DNA of 64,000 nucleotides from Paracoccaceae bacterium. GTDB taxonomy: Bacteria; Pseudomonadota; Alphaproteobacteria; Rhodobacterales; Rhodobacteraceae. Both the position numbers and the translations under genes were made by a program. Each line of letters begins with the position of its first letter. Position 1 is the stretch's first letter. The DNA lies in assembly GCA_965243215.1 (NCBI GenBank), contig CBDEUJ010000005.1, forward strand, positions 936,546-1,000,545. The letters are read 5' to 3'. Shown one piece after another: positions 18,527 to 26,091 of this stretch. The notes beneath the pieces are model-generated. The model had not been told where the DNA came from. It did no database searches and saw only the letters and a list, made by a program, of their open reading frames with translations.

Positions 18527-20674
18527 ATGGCCGAGCGCTCGTTCAAGTCAGAAGTCGAGCACCTGCGCCTCGGTGCCGGCGAGACCTTCACGGGTGAGGG
18601 CATTCTGGCAATCACCAAGGCGCTGCTGGAATCCGGCGTGGGCTATGTCGGCGGCTATCAGGGCGCACCGATCTCTCACCTGATGGACGTCCTGACCGAC
18701 GCGCAGGATCTCCTTGCCGAGCTCGGCGTCCGGTTCGAATCCAATGCATCCGAGGCCGCGGCAACGGCAATGCTGGCAGCTTCGGTCCACTATCCGATTC
18801 GTGGCGCCGTGACCTACAAGGGCCCTGTCGGCGTCAACGTCGCGTCGGACGCCTTGGCGAACCTGTCGTCCTCGGGCGTGCACGGCGGTGCGCTGATCGT
18901 TCTCGGCGAGGACTACGGCGAAGGTTCCTCGATCATGCAGGAACGCAGCCACGCCTTTGCGATGAAGTCGCAGTTCTGGCTCCTGGACCCGCGCCCGAAC
19001 CTGCCCTCGATCGTGCGGGCGGTGAAACTGGGCTTCGAGCTCTCCGAGGCGTCCTGCACGCCAGTGATGCTGATGGTGCGGATCCGGTCCTGCCATGTCA
19101 CGGGCCAGTTCGAGACTGCAGACAACATGCCGCCACCGCTGACCGTCCGCGATGCGCTGGCAGAACCGCGAAAGGACTTCCGGCGCGTGGTTCTTCCGCC
19201 CATGTCCTACGCACATGAGAAAGACAAGATCGAAAGCCGCTGGCCCGCCGCCGAGGCCTTCATTGCCGAACAGGCATTGAACGAGCGCTTCGGCCCCCAG
19301 CTGGGCAGGGTCGGCATCGTTCTTCAGGGCGGCATGTACAACGGCGTGATGCGGGCACTGCAGCGGCTGGGGCTTGCCGACCTCTACGGCAACACGGAGG
19401 TGCCGCTCCATGTCCTGAATGTCACCTACCCGTTGGTGCGAGCCGAGATGCTGGACTTTGCGCACGGCAAGGACGCGCTTCTGGTCGTCGAGGAGGGCCA
19501 GCCCGAATTCATCGAGCATTCCATTGGCTCCATGCTGTTCAGGGAAGGCGTCCAAACCCGCCTGATGGGCAAGGACGTTTTGCCGATGGCCGGCGAATAC
19601 ACCGGCGAGGTGCTGCTTGACGGCATGTCCGCCTTCCTTCGAAAGGCCGCGCCCGACCTGCTGCCCGGGCAGGTCCGCGCGCCCAACCGTGATGCGCCCG
19701 AGATTCCGGACCTTTCGGGGACGGTGCCGGTCCGCCCGCCCGGTTTCTGCACCGGCTGCCCCGAACGCCCGATCTTCGCTGCACTGAAGATCGTCCAGCA
19801 GGAACTTGGTGAACACCAGGTCACCGGAGACATTGGCTGCCATCTCTTCGCTGCGCTCCCGCCCTTCGAGATCGGCGGCTCGACCATGGGCTACGGCCTC
19901 GGGCCCGCGTCGAATTCCGCGTTCGACGCCGGTGGAGAACGGCGGGCGATCTCGATCATCGGTGATGGCGGGTTCTGGCACAACGGCCTCGCCACTTCGA
20001 TCGGCAACATGGTGTTCAACCGCTCCGACAGCGTTGCGGTGATCGTAGACAACTACTATTCGGCCGCCACCGGCGGACAGGACGTGCCGTCGAGCCGCGC
20101 CGGCAACCCGACCAGGGCCACGAACAACCCGATCAGCGCCGCCGTCCGGGGAGTTGGCGTGAAGTGGGTCCGCGAGATCGACCGCACCTACGACGTGCCT
20201 CGGATGTGCGAGGTCTTTCGTGAAGCGCTGACCACGGACTACGGCGGCCCCAAGGTCATCATCGCATCCTCCGAATGCATGCTGAACCGCCAGCGCCGCG
20301 AAAAGCCGCTCCGGCAAGAGGCCATCGATGCCGGGACGCGCGTCGAGGTGCCCCGTTTCGGCGTCGACGAGGACATCTGCACCGGCGATCATGCCTGCAT
20401 CCGGCTCTCGGGCTGTCCGTCGCTGTCGCTCAGGAATCTCGACGATCCGCTCCGCGACGATCCGGTGGCGCATATCGACCAGACATGCGTCGGCTGCGGG
20501 AATTGCGGCGAGGTGGCGGAGGCTGCCGCACTCTGCCCAAGCTTCTACCGCGCCGACATCGTCCACAACCCGACCGGGTTCGAACGCTGGCGCGCGGGCA
20601 TCGCCTCGCGGCTCATAGGCCATCTTCAAGGCCGTCGGGAACGCAAGTCGCTTTCTTTTGGACGCGCAGAATGA
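18527..20674 (+). CDS. iorA: indolepyruvate:ferredoxin oxidoreductase subunit alpha (TPP and 4Fe-4S binding)
   Basis: It has 2-oxoacid:ferredoxin oxidoreductase architecture, a GDGGFWHNG TPP motif, and C-terminal CTGDHACIRLSGCPS / CVGCGNCGEVAEAAALCP ferredoxin-type clusters. Confidence 0.85.
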   Translation: MAERSFKSEVEHLRLGAGETFTGEGILAITKALLESGVGYVGGYQGAPISHLMDVLTDAQDLLAELGVRFESNASEAAATAMLAASVHYPIRGAVTYKGPVGVNVASDALANLSSSGVHGGALIVLGEDYGEGSSIMQERSHAFAMKSQFWLLDPRPNLPSIVRAVKLGFELSEASCTPVMLMVRIRSCHVTGQFETADNMPPPLTVRDALAEPRKDFRRVVLPPMSYAHEKDKIESRWPAAEAFIAEQALNERFGPQLGRVGIVLQGGMYNGVMRALQRLGLADLYGNTEVPLHVLNVTYPLVRAEMLDFAHGKDALLVVEEGQPEFIEHSIGSMLFREGVQTRLMGKDVLPMAGEYTGEVLLDGMSAFLRKAAPDLLPGQVRAPNRDAPEIPDLSGTVPVRPPGFCTGCPERPIFAALKIVQQELGEHQVTGDIGCHLFAALPPFEIGGSTMGYGLGPASNSAFDAGGERRAISIIGDGGFWHNGLATSIGNMVFNRSDSVAVIVDNYYSAATGGQDVPSSRAGNPTRATNNPISAAVRGVGVKWVREIDRTYDVPRMCEVFREALTTDYGGPKVIIASSECMLNRQRREKPLRQEAIDAGTRVEVPRFGVDEDICTGDHACIRLSGCPSLSLRNLDDPLRDDPVAHIDQTCVGCGNCGEVAEAAALCPSFYRADIVHNPTGFERWRAGIASRLIGHLQGRRERKSLSFGRAE

Positions 20675-22212
20675 CAGTGCACCAGCCATTCCCCACAGAG
20701 AAGGCCAGTCGGAGCCCCGACGGCGTCATCAAGCTTGCGATCATGGCGGTGGGCGGCCAGGGCGGCGGGGTCCTGACCAGGTGGATCGAAACCCTTGCCA
20801 GGTCGCAAGGCTATGCCTGTCAGGCAACCTCGGTCGCTGGCGTGGCGCAGCGTACCGGCGCGACGATCTACTATGTCGAGATGGTCGGAACCGAAACCGG
20901 GCAGCCGGTGCTCGCCCTCGCTCCCGCCGCGGGCGATGTCGACATACTGATCGCTGCGGAACTGATGGAAGCAGGACGCGCCATCGCGCGCGGCTTCGTG
21001 ACCCCGGACAGAACGACACTCATCGCATCGTCCCACCGGGAGCTTGCCGTCTCGGAAAAGACCGTGCCCGGCGACGGGGCCGCCGACGCGGCCGAGGTTC
21101 GCGCCGCAGCCGAAATCGCCGCAGCCCGGTTGATCTGCTTCGACATGGAAAGACTGGCCGTCGAAAGCGGATCCGTCATTTCTGCCACGCTGTTCGGCAC
21201 TCTGGCGGCTTCCGAGTGCCTGCCCTTCGAAAAGGGCGATTTCGAGGACGCCATCCGAACCGGCAAGCGGGAAGTCGACGCCAGCCTGCGCGCCTTCAAC
21301 GCCGGTTTCCACGCTTGCCTCAAGGGTGTGCCGTCAGACGACGCGCAGGAACGATCACCACCCGCCCAAAGTGCCACTGGTCCCGCGCATCTGCTCGACA
21401 GGTGGCAGAGCTTGGCCAGGCGCGTGTCCGATCTGCCAACGCCTGTCCGGCCAATTGCGATGGCAGGGCTGCGCAAGGTCGTCGACTTCATGGATGCGGA
21501 CTACGGACAGGAGTACCTTGATCGAGTGGCGCCTTTCGTCGGTGCCGACGGAGTCGGCGAGGGCCACGCGTTGACCAAGGCCGCGGCAAAGTACATTGCC
21601 AACGCCATGGCCTACGACGACGTGATCCGTGTGGCGGATCTCAAGACCCGCGCCGCACGCAACGACCGAATCGTTGCCGAGATGGGAACCGAACCGCAAC
21701 AGTTGCTGCATTTGACCGAATACATGCATCCCCGGGCCGAAGAGATCGTCGGACTGCTGCCCGCCGGGCTGGGTGCCCGAATCGCGGCCAGTCCTCGCGC
21801 ACTGGCACGCATCGACCGCTGGTTTGCCAGAGGCAGGCGGCTGCGGTCTGACCGTTTGGGGCCGTTCCTTCTTCTCTACGCGCTCGGTGGCCTGAAACGG
21901 TATCGACGCAGGACGCGACGCCACGCGATCGAGCAGGCGCTTCTTGACGGATGGCTGTCGTGCGCGGCCCGAGTCGCTGTCAACGACCCCGCGCTCGCCA
22001 CCGAAGTCCTCGGCTGCGGTCGACTGATCAAGGGCTATTCCGACACTCACGCACGCGGCCTGTCGAAATTCGACAGGGTTCTTGGCATCGTGGATCAGGT
22101 CACAGGTCGCCCAGATGCAGCCACCTGCACAAGGCGCCTTCGCGAAGCTGCGCTCCTGGACGAGGACGGCAAGGCGCTCACCGAAGCGATCAAAGCCATC
22201 GAGAGGTTGTAG
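20671..22212 (+). CDS. iorB: indolepyruvate:ferredoxin oxidoreductase subunit beta
   Basis: Track ORF 20275..22212 trimmed to the ATG at 20671 (MTVHQPF...IKLAIMAVGGQGGGVLTRWI), which overlaps the iorA stop as ATGA. Confidence 0.8.
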   Translation: MTVHQPFPTEKASRSPDGVIKLAIMAVGGQGGGVLTRWIETLARSQGYACQATSVAGVAQRTGATIYYVEMVGTETGQPVLALAPAAGDVDILIAAELMEAGRAIARGFVTPDRTTLIASSHRELAVSEKTVPGDGAADAAEVRAAAEIAAARLICFDMERLAVESGSVISATLFGTLAASECLPFEKGDFEDAIRTGKREVDASLRAFNAGFHACLKGVPSDDAQERSPPAQSATGPAHLLDRWQSLARRVSDLPTPVRPIAMAGLRKVVDFMDADYGQEYLDRVAPFVGADGVGEGHALTKAAAKYIANAMAYDDVIRVADLKTRAARNDRIVAEMGTEPQQLLHLTEYMHPRAEEIVGLLPAGLGARIAASPRALARIDRWFARGRRLRSDRLGPFLLLYALGGLKRYRRRTRRHAIEQALLDGWLSCAARVAVNDPALATEVLGCGRLIKGYSDTHARGLSKFDRVLGIVDQVTGRPDAATCTRRLREAALLDEDGKALTEAIKAIERL

Positions 22213-22299
22213 CGCACGACCCGAACCCTCAAGCGCCGGCAATGTGGCAGGCGGCCCGTCACCACGTATGAGGCCTGCACCAGCAGGACGCGCTCCAGG

Positions 22300-22559
22300 G
22301 ACGGCTTGGCGGACCAGCACCTCGACGGCGCAAGATCCTGGCTTCGCGTCGTTGCGACGCCTGCGGCAGCCTTCTCGACCGTGCGCGTTGGCACGGCAAA
22401 GATGGGCTTGCGCCGATTCAGTCGCCCTGTCGGTTTCTCGAGAGCGACCAATCGGGCAACGGCATGCCCATCCATGGCCAAAGCGACTTCTTTCCCCGCC
22501 TTTGCGCGCCGGACCAGATCTGCACGTCGTGCCTTGGCATCTGCGACCGACATCTGCAT
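22300..22559 (-). pseudogene. Phd/YefM-type antitoxin remnant (no cognate toxin; reading frame runs on into the iorB 3' end)
   Basis: MQMSVADAKARRADLVRRAKAGKEVALAMDGHAVARLVALEKP...RRKP matches the prevent-host-death antitoxin N-terminal pattern. The ORF then continues 118 nt into convergent iorB without a plausible C-terminus. Confidence 0.4.
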
Positions 22560-22775
22560 GGCTGCATCATTGACTGGTTTCGGAAATTGAACGCGGACGT
22601 GGCCGCATGGCCGAGCGCTTTGGCTGCTTGGGAAATTGAGTGAAAGCCGCGAAACTGCCTTTGTTCAAGTCTTCGGTACAGGCGTGGCCATGAGCGGATG
22701 AAGCGTCAGCAGGCCGAAACAGTTGAGGCAGTGGAGCAACTGGAAACCGAGGGGTTGAATCCAAGTCCGCACTGA

Positions 22776-22787
22776 GTTGCATGTAAC
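22776..22787. promoter_or_regulatory. near-palindrome upstream of the antitoxin gene (possible TA operator)
   Basis: GTTGCATGTAAC (10/12 symmetric) is directly followed by the RBS-like gaaagggg and the ATG at 22801. Confidence 0.25.
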
Positions 22788-22800
22788 GAAAGGGGCCGTC

Positions 22801-22919
22801 ATGCCAGTTCCAGTTTCAGAGCATGTCCGGAAGCGCGGGGCTGCGCCCTGTCCAAATCTGGGTGCCCGACACGCGCCGTCCCGGCTTCGCCGCGGAGTGT
22901 CGTCGTCAGGCGCGGCTAG
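22801..22919 (+). pseudogene. 5' part of a DUF3018/MazE-like antitoxin gene, truncated by IS insertion
   Basis: The frame from the ATG at 22823 gives MSGSAGLRPVQIWVPDTRRPGFAAECRRQARL, the hallmark GLRPVQIWVPD motif. The RBS-preceded ATG at 22801 is in another frame (EHVRKRG) and joins only if one G of the GGGG run at 22837-22840 is removed. Confidence 0.7.
22916..22919. repeat. CTAG, left copy of the putative target-site duplication of the outer IS
   Basis: Direct reading; the partner copy is at 29961-29964. Confidence 0.6.
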
Positions 22920-23031
22920 CCCGACTTCCGCAACTCGAGGGTTTCGAGGTCCGTAACCCATTGATATTCCTGAATCCGACCCCCAAAGGTCGGCACTACA
23001 CGGCGGCCGACGGACAGCGGGTTGCACGCCG

Positions 23032-23373
23032 TCACGAAGAGAGTCGTGGCGCACCTTGTGCCGGCAGGGTCATGCCGAGCTGGTGCAGCAGAAGCTCGTG
23101 CTCCTTCCTTGGCTGGGTGTAGCGCGGCAGGACGAGATGCCGGCCGTCGGTTGTGGGCAGATGCACGTCCACCATCTGGATCGTGCCGAATGCCTCGATG
23201 ATGGCGCGCGGGGTCAGCCCGCCGGCACGCGGGCGGGCGATGTTCTTCAGCGTCACCAGCAGGCAGTACGCGATGAACGAGACGAAGATGTGCGCTTCGA
23301 TCCGTTCCTCGACCTGGTGGAAGACGGGACGGACCGCGAGGTCGTGCTTCAATTCCTTGAACGCCTGCTCGAT
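23032..23373 (-). pseudogene. C-terminal fragment (~113 aa) of the IS4/IS1634-like DDE transposase
   Basis: IEQAFKELKHDLAVRPVFHQVEERIEAHIFVSFIAYCLLVTLK...LTPRAIIEAFGTIQMVDVHLPTTDG is the conserved C-terminal block of this transposase type. It is in frame with the N-terminal fragment once 23374..28402 is removed. Confidence 0.8.
23368..23373. repeat. CTCGAT, left junction copy flanking the serine-recombinase element
   Basis: Direct reading; an identical hexamer lies at 28397-28402. Confidence 0.6.
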
Positions 23374-23400
23374 ATAGCAAACAAAATGCCTACAAAACGT

Positions 23401-23428
23401 TTACAGGGACGTTGCAGCCCCATATACT
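23401..23428 (+). promoter_or_regulatory. sigma70-like promoter TTACAG-N16-TATACT in the left arm of the recombinase element
   Basis: Direct reading. It is oriented toward the recombinase gene but is now separated from it by the IS1595 element. Confidence 0.35.
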
Positions 23429-23439
23429 GGCCCACGAAA

Positions 23440-23447
23440 CCTTGGTT
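23440..23447. repeat. CCTTGGTT(G), left copy of the IS1595 target-site duplication
   Basis: The identical 8-9 nt string is at 26116-26123(4), immediately outside both IRs. Confidence 0.8.
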
Positions 23448-23473
23448 GGGGAATTATATACTTGCCTAACCAT
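23448..23473. repeat. IS1595 left inverted repeat
   Basis: GGGGAATTATATACTTGCCTAACCAT. Its complement matches ATGGTTAGGCAAGTATATAAGCCC(C) at 26092-26115, with a 20-nt perfect core and one indel. Confidence 0.85.
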
Positions 23474-23512
23474 GCGTAGTTGGCTAGAGTGATTCGTGAA
23501 GGGAGAATCGCA

Positions 23513-24478
23513 ATGCAGAAAGCGCCGGGAAAATCGCATCGCGAAGGCATCAGCCTCATCGAGCTTTTCGATATGTTCCCAGACGAGGAAACCGCCGCAA
23601 GGTGGTTCGAGGACGTGCGTTGGCCGGATGAGAAGAAACGCACCTGCCCGCATTGCGGCAGCTTCAACACCATGCGCAAGGAGAACCGCAAGCCCATGCC
23701 GTTCCGTTGCCGAGACTGCCGGGCGTTCTTCTCGGTCCGCCAAGGTTCCGTCATGGAACATTCGCGCATTCCCCTGCGCAAGTGGGCAATCGCGATCTAC
23801 TTGAACGCAACGAGCCTGAAAGGCGTCAGCAGCATGAAATTGCACCGCGACTTGAAGATCACGCAAAAGTCGGCTTGGTTCATGGCGCATCGCCTGCGAG
23901 AAGCCTTCGGCAGCGAAGAAGGATTGTTCGTCGGCCCAGTGGAAGCGGACGAAACCTACATCGGCGGGAAGCGAAAAAACATGAGTCTGTCAAAGCGGAA
24001 GGAAATGAAGGATTCAGGACGCGGGCCTGTCGGGAAAGAAGCCGTGGTAGGCGTCAAGGATCGCGACACCGGCAAGGTCCGGGCCAAGGTTGTCCCCGCA
24101 ACAGACGCGCCGCATGTTGCGGGCTTTGTGGCTTCGCAGACGAAGGACGGCGCGAAGGTCTACACTGACGAGGCGAAAGCCTACAACGCGCTCAAGCCGT
24201 TTTACGACCACGAAAGCGTCAATCACTCGGTTTCCGAATACGTGCGGGAACAAGCGCACACAAACGGAATCGAGTCGTTTTGGGCCATGCTCAAGCGCGG
24301 GTATCAGGGCACTTTTCATCACATGAGCCCGCAGCACCTGCACCGCTACGTCAACGAGTTTGCCGGACGGCACAACATCCGAAACGCTGACACCATCAAA
24401 CAGATGCAGGACATCGTTGCCGGAATGATCGGCAAGCGGCTGATGTATAGCGACCTTGTTGCAGGGTCGGAAAAATGA
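23513..24478 (+). CDS. IS1595-family transposase
   Basis: Trimmed to the ATG at 23513, preceded by gaagggag. CPHCGS...FRCRDCRAFF is the Zn ribbon, and the DDE region includes VEADETYIGG, VYTDEAKAY and HTNGIESFWAMLKRG, typical of the IS1595/ISXO2 domain. Confidence 0.85.
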   Translation: MQKAPGKSHREGISLIELFDMFPDEETAARWFEDVRWPDEKKRTCPHCGSFNTMRKENRKPMPFRCRDCRAFFSVRQGSVMEHSRIPLRKWAIAIYLNATSLKGVSSMKLHRDLKITQKSAWFMAHRLREAFGSEEGLFVGPVEADETYIGGKRKNMSLSKRKEMKDSGRGPVGKEAVVGVKDRDTGKVRAKVVPATDAPHVAGFVASQTKDGAKVYTDEAKAYNALKPFYDHESVNHSVSEYVREQAHTNGIESFWAMLKRGYQGTFHHMSPQHLHRYVNEFAGRHNIRNADTIKQMQDIVAGMIGKRLMYSDLVAGSEK

Positions 24479-24687
24479 CTAGAAAGGCCATGATTCCCCC
24501 GGTGGTCAATGATCCGGTTGCCCTAGCCAGATCATTGTTCCCGAAAGAGGTTGACACGGATGTTAAGCTAGAAAAGGGACAGCCCGACAGCCCGACAGCC
24601 CGACAGCCCGACAGCCCGACAGCCCGACAGCCCGACAGCCCGACAGCCCGACAGCCCGACAGCCCGGGAAGAAGCGCAGAGGCGTAA
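24475..24687 (+). CDS. upstream reading frame through the octanucleotide repeat; probable N-terminal segment of the methyltransferase, currently out of frame
   Basis: Its ATG overlaps the transposase stop (ATGA). It reads MTRKAMIPPVV...KLEKG(QPDSPTAR)3QPDSP and stops at the TAA at 24685-24687, 27 nt before the methylase ATG. Confidence 0.5.
   Translation: MTRKAMIPPVVNDPVALARSLFPKEVDTDVKLEKGQPDSPTARQPDSPTARQPDSPTARQPDSPGRSAEA
24578..24665. repeat. perfect tandem repeat (GACAGCCC)x11
   Basis: Counted base by base: eleven exact 8-nt units, 88 nt. The unit length is not a multiple of 3. Confidence 0.95.
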
Positions 24688-24713
24688 TTCACGAAGGTGA
24701 CTGTCTCGAAAAG

Positions 24714-25397
24714 ATGCGGGAAATGCCGGATGGATTGATTCGTCTGGTAGTCACGTCCCCGCCTTACAACATCAAGAACAGCAGCGGCAACGGCCTCAAG
24801 AACGGCAACGGCGGCAAGTGGCCGAAAGCCGCATTGCAAGGCGGCTATTCCGACCATGACGACTGCATGCCGCATGATGAATACGTGCAATGGCAACGCG
24901 ATTGCCTGCAGGAAATGGTGCGCCTTCTCCGACCTGACGGAGCCATTTTCTACAATCACAAGTGGCGGGTTCAGCGTGGTCTCTTGCAGGACCGTTCGGA
25001 CATAGTTGACGGCTTTCCAGTCCGGCAAATTTTGATCTGGGAGCGGGCTGGAGGAATCAACTTCAATCCCGGCTATTTTCTCCCGAACTATGAGGTCATC
25101 TACCTGATTGCGAAGCCTGACTTCAAACTCGCACCCAAGGCGAATGCGCTTGGATGCGTATGGCGCATCAATCAGGAAAGCAACAATCCGCACCCCGCCC
25201 CATTCCCCGTCGAACTCGCCGCGCGATGCATTGATTCTGTCGGCGGCGGCCCTGTGTTGGACCCGTTCATGGGATCCGGCACAACGGCAATTGCGGCCGA
25301 GAATGCTGGCATTGATTGGATCGGCATAGAAAAGTCTCCCGCCTATATTGCGATGGCAAACAAGCGCATAGGCCGTGTGTTGGGTCGTGCACTGTGA
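24714..25397 (+). CDS. beta-class DNA methyltransferase (SPPY motif IV; N4-cytosine or N6-adenine), 5'-truncated as annotated from the first in-frame ATG
   Basis: LIRLVVTSPPYNI is motif IV and VLDPFMGSGTTAIAAENAG motif I, in the beta-class order. The same frame is open upstream of the ATG and encodes GKKRRGVIHEGDCLEK, the conserved GDCLE N-terminal block, but has no start codon before the stops at 24552/24564. Confidence 0.8.
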   Translation: MREMPDGLIRLVVTSPPYNIKNSSGNGLKNGNGGKWPKAALQGGYSDHDDCMPHDEYVQWQRDCLQEMVRLLRPDGAIFYNHKWRVQRGLLQDRSDIVDGFPVRQILIWERAGGINFNPGYFLPNYEVIYLIAKPDFKLAPKANALGCVWRINQESNNPHPAPFPVELAARCIDSVGGGPVLDPFMGSGTTAIAAENAGIDWIGIEKSPAYIAMANKRIGRVLGRAL

Positions 25398-25402
25398 TTG
25401 CC

Positions 25403-26086
25403 ATGACAGACGCAGAATTGCACGAGCGTCTCCGCCGTGTCCTAAAGCGGGGATGGCTGAACATTCCAGACTTCCCCGGTTATGGCGGAACAGGTGCGCC
25501 TGGCAAGATTCTCGAAGAGCTGCTGGGGGTGGATGGCGGGAACCTGGACACTCCAGACGCCGGACGATGGGAAATCAAGTTTCATTCTCAGAACTCCTTG
25601 CTGACGCTGTTCCATCTGGAAGGCGAGCCGAAGGGCCACATGCATCACATGGTGCGAGAGTTTGGCTGGCCTGACAGCAAGGGACGGACCAGTTTTCGGC
25701 ACACCATTCATCAAGGTAATTCGAGCATAGGATTCTACGTAGCCAACGAGAGCGGCAGAATCACCGTCCGGCATCCCGACGTTGCCGACATGGTGTGGCC
25801 ATACTGGACGCATGACAAACTGATCAACGCCTTTGCTTCCAAGTTTCGTCGGCTGATTGTCGTGAAAGGCCGCAGGAAAGGCGACCATGTACGTTATGAT
25901 CTTGCGCACCTGTATTGGGAACCAAAGATCACGATGTTCATTGAAGCTGTCCAGCGCGGGATCATTGCCATTGACTTCGATGCCCGAACGAACAATGGGC
26001 GCGGTCTGCGAAATCACGGAACCAAGTTTCGCGTCAAGTATGACGACCTGCGCCATCTCTACGGAAATCGGAAGCGATTTGACTAG
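25403..26086 (+). CDS. Type II restriction endonuclease, MvaI/BcnI-like (MutH-related PD-ExK)
   Basis: Trimmed to the ATG at 25403 (MTDAELHERL). KRGWLNIP...GAPGKILEELLGV...TPDAGRWEIKF...SLLTLFH and the C-terminal GIIAIDFDAR...GLRNHGTKFRV..DDLRHLY align by eye with the BcnI sequence as recalled (GYLSVP..GQILERQFGV..LGDLGEFELKG..NLTLFH..GVLVMDL..GPHDRGPHLRI..LDKLY). Confidence 0.65.
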   Translation: MTDAELHERLRRVLKRGWLNIPDFPGYGGTGAPGKILEELLGVDGGNLDTPDAGRWEIKFHSQNSLLTLFHLEGEPKGHMHHMVREFGWPDSKGRTSFRHTIHQGNSSIGFYVANESGRITVRHPDVADMVWPYWTHDKLINAFASKFRRLIVVKGRRKGDHVRYDLAHLYWEPKITMFIEAVQRGIIAIDFDARTNNGRGLRNHGTKFRVKYDDLRHLYGNRKRFD

Positions 26087-26091
26087 ACCCA

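Noticed and set aside
18548-20689. 713-aa ORF on the minus strand
   Set aside because: It is exactly antisense to iorA. It is Arg/Ala/Gly-rich with no motifs, the typical shadow ORF of high-GC coding DNA.
22606-22620. 15-nt identity (gcatggccgagcgct) with the iorA start region at 18526-18540; it also resembles a type II tRNA D-loop
   Set aside because: A few 15-mer coincidences are expected by chance in 64 kb of GC-rich DNA. No cloverleaf can be folded and there is no extended similarity.
22751-22770. ggggttgaatccaag as a possible T-loop/att repeat of the tRNA-Ser
   Set aside because: There is no complementary stem, it does not match the tRNA-Ser 3' sequence (gggttcgaatcccacc), and the orientation is wrong.
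24578-24665. Could the short perfect repeats be a CRISPR array or a transposase binding array?
   Set aside because: The units are contiguous 8-mers with no spacers, which is not CRISPR architecture. Their position inside the extended methylase reading frame is better explained as a slippage tract.
24396-25193. 265-aa minus-strand ORF containing (GLSGCRAV)n
   Set aside because: It is antisense to the methyltransferase and the repeat. The repeat peptide simply reflects the octanucleotide tract read on the other strand.
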